Assembly (NCBI GenBank): GCA_031372065.1 | Contig: JANMKN010000133.1 | Coordinates: 1-34,595 of the forward strand | Length of the DNA stretch: 34,595 bases | Origin: Abditibacteriaceae bacterium | GTDB taxonomy: Bacteria > Armatimonadota > Abditibacteriia > Abditibacteriales > Abditibacteriaceae | Direction: 5' to 3' | Part shown: positions 9,880 to 17,893 of the stretch, one piece after another | Layout of the letters: each line of letters begins with the position of its first letter | How positions within the stretch are numbered: position 1 is the first letter of the stretch | The notes under the pieces: generated by a model | Databases searched by the model: none | What the model was told of the DNA's origin: nothing | Seen by the model: the letters and a program-made list of their open reading frames with translations, nothing else | Translations under genes and position numbers: made by a program

Positions 9880-10350
9880 ATGGCAGAAGCACTTAAGGTG
9901 CAGTTCTCACACAATAAAATTGCTGTCAATGACCAAGTCGAAATCAAAGTGAAAGACTTAGACACGGGGCGTAAAGTGGCAACTACACCCGGCAAATGCA
10001 CGACCGCAGGAACAATTGAGATACCTGTTTCTCTTCCCAAGGCAGCGACCTACTTGATCCGGGTAATCAAAATTGAAGCTGAAGACTGGGCTGTCAAAGA
10101 CACGGAAAAAGAAAAGGATGTTGGCGCCGGAGCAACAGAAAATGTGCCCTTTGAGGTGAAGAAGCTGCGTAAACGTCCGAAAAAGGTCAATGCTGCTGAT
10201 CGTGACGAGGATGTCGAAATTCAATTGACCAAAGATGTCTTGACGGTCTGTTGTGCTCTGATTGACCAAAGGATTGCTTCTGGAAAGTCAATTGATGCGA
10301 TCCAAGACGAAATTCTGGATAAAATCACCAAACTGGTCGAAAGTGCTTGA
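9880..10350 (+). CDS. Hypothetical protein A: predicted beta-sandwich, basic linker, C-terminal helices
   Basis: 156-aa ORF with AAGGGT RBS-like site; alignable by eye to the N-terminal ~145 aa of 10790..11500. Confidence 0.75.
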   Translation: MAEALKVQFSHNKIAVNDQVEIKVKDLDTGRKVATTPGKCTTAGTIEIPVSLPKAATYLIRVIKIEAEDWAVKDTEKEKDVGAGATENVPFEVKKLRKRPKKVNAADRDEDVEIQLTKDVLTVCCALIDQRIASGKSIDAIQDEILDKITKLVESA

Positions 10351-10369
10351 CCTGTGAGAGGAATCTGAA

Positions 10370-10702
10370 ATGACCAAAGAAACGAATTCACAGACTGCTG
10401 ATCTCACATCGTTCTCCTACTTACAAGAGCAGGAAATTAACGTTGTTCCTGTTGCACTCATTAAACCGACACCGGATGAATTTGACATTCCGACACGTTA
10501 TAATGCGAAACCTATTCCATCTCTTGCAGATTTAACCGTTGAACCGGTGCAACAGTGGATTCAGTTACCAAACAGCACTCACCAACTATTACCGTTGGTA
10601 ATGGTTCTGTGTTCTGTGTGTTACAACCGCTACAATACACCGGGAACAAACTACTACATGAATCAAGCAGCCCTGAACACTTGCATGACCGGTTGCACCT
10701 AA
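10370..10702 (+). CDS. Hypothetical protein B: leader-like region plus C-terminal 36-aa four-Cys peptide
   Basis: GAGAGGA RBS; C-terminus PLVMVLCSVCYNRYNTPGTNYYMNQAALNTCMTGCT repeated in the next gene. Confidence 0.8.
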   Translation: MTKETNSQTADLTSFSYLQEQEINVVPVALIKPTPDEFDIPTRYNAKPIPSLADLTVEPVQQWIQLPNSTHQLLPLVMVLCSVCYNRYNTPGTNYYMNQAALNTCMTGCT

Positions 10703-10706
10703 AGCG
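10592..10706 (+). repeat. 115-bp direct repeat, copy 1
   Basis: Matches 11390-11504 (offset 798) with 5 mismatches. Confidence 0.97.
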
Positions 10707-10789
10707 TTGCCCGCAAAAGCAACCACGGATCATGAGTAGAACTTCCCTTTCAGGAACCCACAAAAACAAGACAGACAAAGGAGACATTC

Positions 10790-11500
10790 ATGCCGAAAAT
10801 CGAAGGTAACATCACAGGCGCGATAGGCACCAATGACGAGGTCATTGTCAGCTTGCGCGAAACGCCGGAAGGCGATGACCTCGCCTCAGTCATAACCGTC
10901 GGACCAAGTTCGTTTTCACTGGAAGCACCGGGAACCGGGAAGTATTTCGTTTGCGCTGACGAAAACATGGAAGAATGGGCGTTTGCCACAAATTCTGTGG
11001 AAGTAGACGCCTCAAACGGCAGCGTGCCGAGTATCACATTTGAGGCTGTTCAATTGGTGCCTGCCTCTATGGTGGTGAACGACGAGGTTGATCGGCAGTT
11101 CGTCATCCATCTTCTTGAAGTCTGTTTGCAAAACGCCGACAAGATGATGGACGAACGGGGCGTGCAGGAAGGTCGTCGGTTCATCCGCAACACGATCATG
11201 GAAGCACTCAGAAAAGATGCGGATGATATGCCCGAAAGCCCGCAAGAGCAGGAAACTCAGGCCAACGCTCCTCAACAACAGCACCAATGGCGTGATATGG
11301 ATGAGTTCTCAGATGTTGCACTGGTGGAAGAAGATGTGCAGCCATTCGACCAATGGCTTTTACTGCCGACAGGTGAGCGATTCGTCCGTCCGCTGGTAAT
11401 GGTTCTGTGTTCTGTGTGTTACAACCGCTACAATACACCGGGCACAGGCTATTACATGAATCAAGCAGCCCTGAACACTTGCATGACCGGTTGCACCTAA
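10790..11500 (+). CDS. Hypothetical fusion protein A'B' (homolog of A fused to homolog of B)
   Basis: AAGGAG RBS; N-terminal part aligns to A, C-terminal part aligns to B, last 36 aa 35/36 identical to B. Confidence 0.85.
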   Translation: MPKIEGNITGAIGTNDEVIVSLRETPEGDDLASVITVGPSSFSLEAPGTGKYFVCADENMEEWAFATNSVEVDASNGSVPSITFEAVQLVPASMVVNDEVDRQFVIHLLEVCLQNADKMMDERGVQEGRRFIRNTIMEALRKDADDMPESPQEQETQANAPQQQHQWRDMDEFSDVALVEEDVQPFDQWLLLPTGERFVRPLVMVLCSVCYNRYNTPGTGYYMNQAALNTCMTGCT

Positions 11501-11504
11501 AGCG
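11390..11504 (+). repeat. 115-bp direct repeat, copy 2
   Basis: Matches 10592-10706 with 5 mismatches. Confidence 0.97.
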
Positions 11505-11515
11505 GCGCCTCCACA

Positions 11516-11557
11516 AAAATGGCTCCTTCCAACGTGGAAGGAGCCGTTTCTTTTTTT
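11516..11557. terminator. Bidirectional intrinsic terminator
   Basis: GGCTCCTTCCA-ACG-TGGAAGGAGCC stem, A-run before and T-run after, between convergent genes. Confidence 0.85.
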
Positions 11558-11558
11558 A

Positions 11559-12557
11559 TCAGCTATATTGCAATAGCACTTTGCCGGTTCGTGCCTCGGC
11601 CATCGCCTGATAAGCGGCAGCCACTTCATCCAAGCCAAAATGATGCGTCACTAAATCGCCTATCGGCAAGCCGTTGCGATAAAGCGCCAGCATAGCAGGA
11701 TATTCGCCGAAGTGGTAAAACCACGAGCCAATCGCCGTAATATCGCGCCGGATGAAATCTTCGCTCGGTGAAAGTTCCAGCGGCCCTTGTTCGCCGTTGA
11801 AAACCACCGTGCCGCCTTTGCGCGCCGAAGAAAAACAAAGTTTGGCTGTTATTGGCGAACCAGCGGCTTCGATGCACACATCAGCGCCTTTGCCATCGGT
11901 CAAATCACGAATTACTGCGGGAATATCTACACCTTCATCAGCGGCAATAACCGCAGCCGCGCCTAATTGCTTTGCCAGTTCCAAACGCTGCGGCGCGCGG
12001 TCAATGCCGATAACAGTGCGACCCAAGAATGATTGCATCATCACGTTGCCCAGCCCGACCGGGCCAAGGCCAAAAACGGCGATAATGCGGTTTTCATCGC
12101 CCGCGATTTTGCGCGAGGTATGAAATGGCACGCCAAGTCCATCGCCGGTAATGAGAACACCAACATCCCACGGCACATCATCTGGCAAACGGTGGCAGGC
12201 CAACGCCGGAACGATGAAGTATTCGGCGTGCATCTGGCCGAAAAAGCGAAAGTTGTTGCACCAAGTGAATTGCCCGGCGCGGCAGAAATCGCAGTCGCCA
12301 CAGCCCGCAATGGCGCTCACGCCGACACGCTGCCCAAGGCTTAAATCCTCAACGCCTTCGCCGAGTTGGGCCACAATTCCGGCGGCTTCATGGCCCATAT
12401 TGCCGCCTTCCACCCCATTCTTGCGATAAGACCCCATTTCGCTGCCGCACAGCGCCGAAACGACAGTCTGAACCAGCACTTCGCCGCGTTTTGGCTTCGG
12501 TGTCGGCACGCTTTCCACAACCACTTCGCTGTTGCCCAAATGATGCGCAATTTTCAT
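11559..12557 (-). CDS. Zinc-dependent medium-chain dehydrogenase (threonine/polyol dehydrogenase-like)
   Basis: ALCGSE, GHEAAG, structural Zn CGDCDFCRAGQFTWC, Rossmann GLGPVG. Confidence 0.93.
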   Translation of the reverse strand: MKIAHHLGNSEVVVESVPTPKPKRGEVLVQTVVSALCGSEMGSYRKNGVEGGNMGHEAAGIVAQLGEGVEDLSLGQRVGVSAIAGCGDCDFCRAGQFTWCNNFRFFGQMHAEYFIVPALACHRLPDDVPWDVGVLITGDGLGVPFHTSRKIAGDENRIIAVFGLGPVGLGNVMMQSFLGRTVIGIDRAPQRLELAKQLGAAAVIAADEGVDIPAVIRDLTDGKGADVCIEAAGSPITAKLCFSSARKGGTVVFNGEQGPLELSPSEDFIRRDITAIGSWFYHFGEYPAMLALYRNGLPIGDLVTHHFGLDEVAAAYQAMAEARTGKVLLQYS

Positions 12558-12577
12558 GGGAATACTTTTTTACCTAA

Positions 12578-12733
12578 GAACCTGTCTGCGAATAGCCGCT
12601 ATCCGCTGCGCCGACGCCAAAAACAGCGTGAAAACGACGCTATTCCCGCTAAAAGTTGCGTCGTCGGGTGCCCCCTGGGCAGGATGCCGTTTTTTTGCAT
12701 CCGAAGGATTAGCGGCTATTCTCAGACGGTTTC
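12578..12733. mobile_element. Putative 156-bp MITE (IS5-like ends)
   Basis: Terminal inverted repeats GAACCTGTCTGCGAATAGCCGCTA vs revcomp GAAACCGTCTGAGAATAGCCGCTA (21/24), flanked by TAA/TTA. Confidence 0.6.
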
Positions 12734-12742
12734 TTACGATTT

Positions 12743-14122
12743 TCACAGCGGCGAGTTTACAGCGATTGATTTTGCGCGGCGTGATTTTGCCCGAAAAACC
12801 AAGCACAACATGAGCAGCACACAGGCTAAAATCATCCAGACGCCGGTTTTATAAAGTCCGTCGTTGCGGCGCGACGGCGCAATTTCGTTGAGGCCAATCT
12901 GTGCCCGTTCGCCGATTTCGTTTTGCACTTTCAAGCCGCCTGCCTGCATATTTCCGGTGATAATCGCGGCGCGCACATCCGGCTTCAAAACGACAGATGA
13001 AAGTTGACCGCTGAACGTGCAACCGCGCACTGTCAAAAAGCCTTGCGCGGCGCGAATCGCACCGTTTTTGGCACCCCCGAAAAACTGGCAATCACTGAAA
13101 TTGACATTCGTCAGCCCGTCCAACTGCGCGATGCCGCCGGGCGCTTCCCAAAAAGTGCAATTGAGAAATGTCGCCGCGCCGCCCGCCATCGGCGTCGTGA
13201 CGATTGTGAGGCCCGGCGGCCCGCCCGCTGCCATAAAAGTGCTGTTGGTAAATTGCACGCCGAGGCGTTGCAATTCATCAATTTGCACCGCTGTGCGGCA
13301 AACATCGGCGCCAACACCAACGAGTTGCGCGTTGGCCGCGCCCGACGGCGTGCGGATAAAATGAAAGCCGATTTTCGCGCCGAAAACAAAGCAACTCGTC
13401 ACCGATTGCCAGTCGCTACGACCAAAAATAAACGCTTCGAGGTGCGCCGTTGTGTAATCGGCAATTTTCAGGTCGGGATTGCCATCTTGCGGCGGGCGCG
13501 AGGCATGGCCGCTGCGATTCCAGTAATGCGGATTGAAATGCACGTTTTCAAGACGGCCAATATCCGTCGTCGAATCTATGAAAACGCCGCGTCGCAAAAC
13601 ACAACCGAAAACATTGCGCACCAAATGTAATTCACTGCCCGCGATATGGCCGATGCGAATGCCGTTGTAAGCGTTGACGAAAGTGATGTTTTCCACCGTA
13701 TTGTGCATTCCAACACCTTGAATGGCCCACGGATATGGCACGATGTGCGGCCATTTTTGCTGCGGCCACAACAGCGTAAAACCGCGCACGGCGCTGCTTT
13801 GCTGCAAAGTAATGGCAGGCGGCGCGTTTTCGTTGCCGCGTCCGCCCATTAAAAGCAGCGTCGTGCCTTTTTCATACGCGCCATGATGCGGCGCTTCCCA
13901 AGCGCCTTTAAAAGTAACTCCAGTAGGAATTTTTAGGCTGCCGCCAATTACATATTGTCCCGGCGGCAATGCCAGCGTGCCACCAATTTTGGAAAGAGAA
14001 TTTAAAGCAGTTTGCAAGGCTGAAGTGTCATCGTAAATTCCGTCGCCTCTGACGCCGATTGGTTTGGATGCAGCAAACGCCGGAAGGCTCAAAAACAAGC
14101 ACGCCAGCAGCAGAAATCTCAT
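12743..14122 (-). CDS. Exported right-handed beta-helix protein (pectate_lyase_3/GH28/GH55-like) with C-terminal membrane anchor
   Basis: Signal peptide (PAFA); GVRGDGIYDDTSALQTALN...GGTLALPPGQY motif; beta-helix periodicity; C-terminal hydrophobic helix plus basic tail. Confidence 0.8.
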   Translation of the reverse strand: MRFLLLACLFLSLPAFAASKPIGVRGDGIYDDTSALQTALNSLSKIGGTLALPPGQYVIGGSLKIPTGVTFKGAWEAPHHGAYEKGTTLLLMGGRGNENAPPAITLQQSSAVRGFTLLWPQQKWPHIVPYPWAIQGVGMHNTVENITFVNAYNGIRIGHIAGSELHLVRNVFGCVLRRGVFIDSTTDIGRLENVHFNPHYWNRSGHASRPPQDGNPDLKIADYTTAHLEAFIFGRSDWQSVTSCFVFGAKIGFHFIRTPSGAANAQLVGVGADVCRTAVQIDELQRLGVQFTNSTFMAAGGPPGLTIVTTPMAGGAATFLNCTFWEAPGGIAQLDGLTNVNFSDCQFFGGAKNGAIRAAQGFLTVRGCTFSGQLSSVVLKPDVRAAIITGNMQAGGLKVQNEIGERAQIGLNEIAPSRRNDGLYKTGVWMILACVLLMLCLVFRAKSRRAKSIAVNSPL

Positions 14123-14177
14123 GCCGCCCAGTTTAAATCATTATGATGTTAGGCCTACACTGGAATCGGCTGTATTA

Positions 14178-14388
14178 GAGCCTGTCTTCACGCGTGGAGA
14201 AATCTATTGGGAATATTGGACGAAAGTCGCGCTTCTGAGGAGGGAAAGAGATCACGACCCCTCAACCCATTCGCAGCGTTTCTACACTTTCCCCCTCAAT
14301 TTTCCTCGCGTTTTCGCCAAATCATCGTCTCTATGAGCGTTTGACCTCCCACTGGAGATGGTTTTCTTCAAAGCGTGAAGACAGACTC
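14178..14388. mobile_element. 211-bp MITE, IS5-family-like
   Basis: TIRs GAGCCTGTCTTCACGC / GCGTGAAGACAGACTC (15/16); direct TTA duplication at 14175-14177 and 14389-14391; no transposase. Confidence 0.75.
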
Positions 14389-14416
14389 TTAGACAAGAAA
14401 CGGAATAGGCAAATCA

Positions 14417-14590
14417 ATGAAAATTATCGTCATCGGTGCCAGCGGCCCTACCGGCGGCACTATTGGAAAAGCTGTGGCCAACGAACTGGCAAAGGAACAT
14501 GAAGTGGTTCGCGTGGCGCGCAACAGCGGCGATTATCGCGCCGATCTCACAGATGCAGATTCCATCAAAAAATTGTTTGAAAAGTCCTGA
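14417..14590 (+). pseudogene. Truncated short-chain dehydrogenase (N-terminal 57 aa only)
   Basis: Manual translation MKIIVIGASGPTGGTIGKAVANELAKEHEVVRVARNSGDYRADLTDADSIKKLFEKS*: start of an SDR Rossmann fold, no catalytic YxxxK continuation seen. Confidence 0.8.
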
Positions 14591-14640
14591 TTTTAGGACT
14601 TTTCTCACCTTCCCAGAATGTTATCGTAAAACGGGAAATA

Positions 14641-14810
14641 GCTGCGTGAGATTACTAAAACGATGCGTCAGAAGACCTATTCATGAGAATAGTTCATTGA
14701 TCAGGTGCGTATTCTTATTGTTTCTCTAATTAATCGAGTTCAGAGGCAGCGTTAGATGACCCAGACGATGCGTGAGATAACCCATTCATGAGAATAGTTC
14801 ATTAATCAGC
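14641..14810. repeat. Degenerate repeat tract with 21-bp phasing and a 105-bp-offset direct repeat
   Basis: (T/A)GCGT at 14643, 14664, 14706, 14748, 14769; ATTCATGAGAATAGTTCATT at 14679 and 14784. Confidence 0.7.
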
Positions 14811-15009
14811 ACAATATTCATATTCGATGCTTATGAATGGGCCTCAAAATGCCGCCCAGACTGTAAAATGGCACTAAAATGAGGCCTTTTGGCCTGACAG
14901 ATGACGGTTTTGCGACTTTTCAAACTGATTCTAAGCGATTAGTGCTGATTTTTATGCGCTTGCGCGTTAGAATAAGGGGCGCATTTCATTTTTCTCAAGG
15001 AGAACTTTT

Positions 15010-15735
15010 GTGAGCCAAATTGGTTACGACGACACACCTTTGATTCCCGGTTCGACGTTTAAAGTGCATGACAGCACGCGGACGCAACCGCGTGTGGTAA
15101 CGCCCGCCACGGGCAACAATGTGCCTTCCGATGCCATCGTTTTGTTCGATGGCGGCGATTTAGCGGGCTGGACAGGCAAAAACGACGAAGCCGCATGGAA
15201 AGTCGAAAACGGCTACATGGAAGTGGCACCCGGCACCGGCAACATTCGCACACGCGCTGAATTCGGCGATTGCCAGTTGCACCTCGAATGGGCCGCGCCG
15301 GAAGTTGTTAAAGGCGACAGTCAGGGACGTGGCAACAGCGGCGTATTTATGATGGGCCGTTATGAAATTCAGGTTTTGGACTGCTATCAAAACCCAACTT
15401 ATGCCGATGGCACAACGGGCGCCATTTACGGCGAATATCCGCCGCTGGTCAACGCTTGCCGCCCGCCCGGTGAATGGCAGACCTATGATATTATCTGGGT
15501 CGCGCCACGCTTCGACGGCGAAACTTTGGTCAGTCCGGCACGCGTAACGGTGATTCTCAACGGACTCGTTTTGCATCACGACATGGAATTGACTGGCCCG
15601 ACGACGCATCGCGCTGTCGAGGAATACAAAGCGCATCCGCTCACCGGCCCGCTGGAACTGCAAGATCACGGCGATTTGGTGCGCTTCCGCAACATCTGGT
15701 ATCGCCCGCTGCTCGATTACGACGAAGCGTTGTAA
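15010..15735 (+). CDS. DUF1080 / 3-keto-disaccharide hydrolase family protein
   Basis: PSDAIVLFDG, FGDCQLHLEW, GNSGVF, YEIQVLD, GEWQTYDI, LQDHGDLVRFRNIW; GTG start with AAGGAG RBS. Confidence 0.92.
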   Translation: MSQIGYDDTPLIPGSTFKVHDSTRTQPRVVTPATGNNVPSDAIVLFDGGDLAGWTGKNDEAAWKVENGYMEVAPGTGNIRTRAEFGDCQLHLEWAAPEVVKGDSQGRGNSGVFMMGRYEIQVLDCYQNPTYADGTTGAIYGEYPPLVNACRPPGEWQTYDIIWVAPRFDGETLVSPARVTVILNGLVLHHDMELTGPTTHRAVEEYKAHPLTGPLELQDHGDLVRFRNIWYRPLLDYDEAL

Positions 15736-15742
15736 ATAAACC

Positions 15743-15780
15743 CAAAAAGCGCCCGCACAGTTTTGTGCGGGCGCTTTTTG
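15743..15780. terminator. Bidirectional intrinsic terminator
   Basis: CAAAAAGCGCCCGCACA-GTTT-TGTGCGGGCGCTTTTTG between convergent genes. Confidence 0.9.
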
Positions 15781-15792
15781 CTTGTGATGAAA

Positions 15793-17133
15793 CTACTTCA
15801 GCGCATCCACGCGTACGCCAATAGTCAGCGGCTTTCCGGCGCGCACAATTCCCAAGTTCGCCGTGGTGCCGACGGGCAAAAGCTCAACAGCGCGTTGTAA
15901 TTCGCTGCTTTTGGTGACGATTGTTCCGTTAACGCTCTGCACCAAATCGCCGACTTTGAGTCCGGCGCGTTGAGCAGGCGTGTCGCCGCCGATTTCGGCA
16001 ATCACCACGCCACGCAAGGCGCGGTCAAGTTTGAATTCATCGGCCACATCATCATTCAGCGTCGCAATGGTAACGCCCATGTAACTACGCGTCACTTTGC
16101 CACTGTTGACTAATTGTTCGGCGATAATTTTGGCCTTATTTATCGGAATCGCGAAACCAATGCCGACATTGCCGCCGCTTTCGCTATAAATGGCGTTGTT
16201 GATGCCAATAACGCGCCCGTTGATGTCGCATAAAGGCCCGCCGGAGTTGCCGGGATTGATGGAAGCATCGGTTTGCAAATAATCGCCGTTGCCTTCGCGA
16301 CTGCTAAATGGCATCTCGCGTGCTTTGGCCGAAATTACGCCAACGGTCATGGTGTGTTCAAGACCAAACGGATTGCCAATCGCAATGGCCCAGTCGCCCA
16401 CTTCCACTTTTGAAGAATCGCCCAACTGCACACAGGGCAAATCGCGCGCATTGACTTTAAGAACGGCCACGTCGCTGCGCTCATCTACGCCAACGACTTG
16501 CGCATCCAATTCGTGTTCATCGTTCATGCGAACCGATACCATGCGCGCCCCGGAAACAACGTGCGCATTGGTCATAATATAACCATCAGCGCGAAAAACC
16601 AGACCCGAACCCAAACCGGAGGGCCGTCCTTGCGCGCCCCCTTGTTGCACTTCGCGCAAGATATCGCCTTTGGGAGCCAGCGACTTCGTTTCCGCCGACT
16701 TCGTTTCCGCTTCAAAGCGCTCGCGCAATTTTTGGCGTTGCGCTTTATTCGGCGCGAATCCATAATCGCGCTGAAACTGCTGCAAATACTGTGAAAAAGA
16801 AGCGCGTGGCCACGAATTGTTGCCGAAATTGCGGCGATTGGGGCGCCCGTTAAAATCTTGCGGCCCCCTGTCATTCTGCGGACGCGAACTTGATCTGCCG
16901 CGCCATGTCGTGATCGTCACCACAGCCGGTTCCACAGCGCGGCTGACCTGCGCGAATGCACTTTGAATCGCCATCGCGTCGCGCACCGGGTCATTCACGG
17001 CAAGCGGAGCCGGAGCGATAATCGGGGCCACAGTCGTTTCCACTACCGGCGCGGAAAACGCGGTGCCTCCAATCATCAAAATTGTGGCACAACAGATCAG
17101 AGTGTGCCGGAAAATCCCACCATTGTTTTTCAT
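15793..17133 (-). CDS. HtrA/DegP-family serine protease with one PDZ domain
   Basis: Signal peptide; GSG, TNAHVV (His), DVAVLKV (Asp), QTDASINPGNSGGPL (Ser), GIGFAIP; PDZ TPAQRAGLKVGD. Confidence 0.95.
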   Translation of the reverse strand: MKNNGGIFRHTLICCATILMIGGTAFSAPVVETTVAPIIAPAPLAVNDPVRDAMAIQSAFAQVSRAVEPAVVTITTWRGRSSSRPQNDRGPQDFNGRPNRRNFGNNSWPRASFSQYLQQFQRDYGFAPNKAQRQKLRERFEAETKSAETKSLAPKGDILREVQQGGAQGRPSGLGSGLVFRADGYIMTNAHVVSGARMVSVRMNDEHELDAQVVGVDERSDVAVLKVNARDLPCVQLGDSSKVEVGDWAIAIGNPFGLEHTMTVGVISAKAREMPFSSREGNGDYLQTDASINPGNSGGPLCDINGRVIGINNAIYSESGGNVGIGFAIPINKAKIIAEQLVNSGKVTRSYMGVTIATLNDDVADEFKLDRALRGVVIAEIGGDTPAQRAGLKVGDLVQSVNGTIVTKSSELQRAVELLPVGTTANLGIVRAGKPLTIGVRVDALK

Positions 17134-17160
17134 GCGTCTACGTCCTTTTGCGTCTTATAT

Positions 17161-17778
17161 TTAGGGAGTGCGTGGTTCCGCTTTCAACCCTTTTGCTTTG
17201 CGCGCCAAAGCAGTAAAAACCGTATGACGCGAAGTGTAACGATCAGCGTAACGCTGGCGCGTTTCCACTGGCAAATCGTAATATCCCTTTTGTCCTTGCG
17301 GCGGATAAAAAGGATTATAAATTTCGCGAAAAGCCTCCATTTTGTGGCGCTGCGCCTCGGTGAAGAATAAATCCGGCCTACCAGAACCCCGAAAAGGGCC
17401 TGATCCCATCAATTTTTCGATTTCGAGTTGCTGTTGCGGCGTCAAAATCTTCGATATTTTATCAAACAACTCGCGGGCGTCCTCTTCCACCAAAGGCCGC
17501 TTCGTCTGCCACGGTTTGACTGCCTCGCAAAGGCGTTGCGCCTGCTGATTTGATAGCGGAACTGGTTTGTCACGCGAGTTTTCCGCACTCATTTTTTCCA
17601 AAATCCCAACCGCCCCGATCAGCCAAGACAAGCGCGTTTTCGCGCTGCGTGGAAAACTTTGTTTTTCCCTGACAAACGGCCAACGATAGCCACCATCCGG
17701 TTTTGACAGCACGCTAACCGGCACAATAATGCCAACCGTCAACCCCACAGCGACCAATGTTTTCCGCATCGCGTTCAT
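17161..17778 (-). CDS. Hypothetical exported or membrane-anchored helical protein
   Basis: N-terminal hydrophobic segment; LSNQQA and ILTPQQ motifs, YNPF; start uncertain (17802/17778/17769). Confidence 0.7.
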   Translation of the reverse strand: MNAMRKTLVAVGLTVGIIVPVSVLSKPDGGYRWPFVREKQSFPRSAKTRLSWLIGAVGILEKMSAENSRDKPVPLSNQQAQRLCEAVKPWQTKRPLVEEDARELFDKISKILTPQQQLEIEKLMGSGPFRGSGRPDLFFTEAQRHKMEAFREIYNPFYPPQGQKGYYDLPVETRQRYADRYTSRHTVFTALARKAKGLKAEPRTP

Positions 17779-17810
17779 CAGATCACCCGCAATGAAATAC
17801 AAACCAAAAC

Positions 17811-17850
17811 AATTGTAGCGGCGCTCAATCAGGCAAGCGCCGCTACAATT
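17811..17850 (-). terminator. Hairpin, probable terminator on minus strand
   Basis: AATTGTAGCGGCGCT...AGCGCCGCTACAATT 15-bp stem followed by GTTTTGGTTT on the minus strand. Confidence 0.65.
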
Positions 17851-17893
17851 TGACTATCCAATCAATGAAATGCTTCGTTCAGGGTTCGGCAGA

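Noticed and set aside
10370..11500. Assignment to a named RiPP class (lanthipeptide, ranthipeptide, thiopeptide)
   Set aside because: No modifying enzyme, double-Gly leader motif or transporter is visible, so the class cannot be supported
10592..11504. Diversity-generating retroelement TR/VR pair
   Set aside because: Only 3 of 5 mismatches are at adenines of one copy, both copies are coding C-termini, and no reverse transcriptase is in the window
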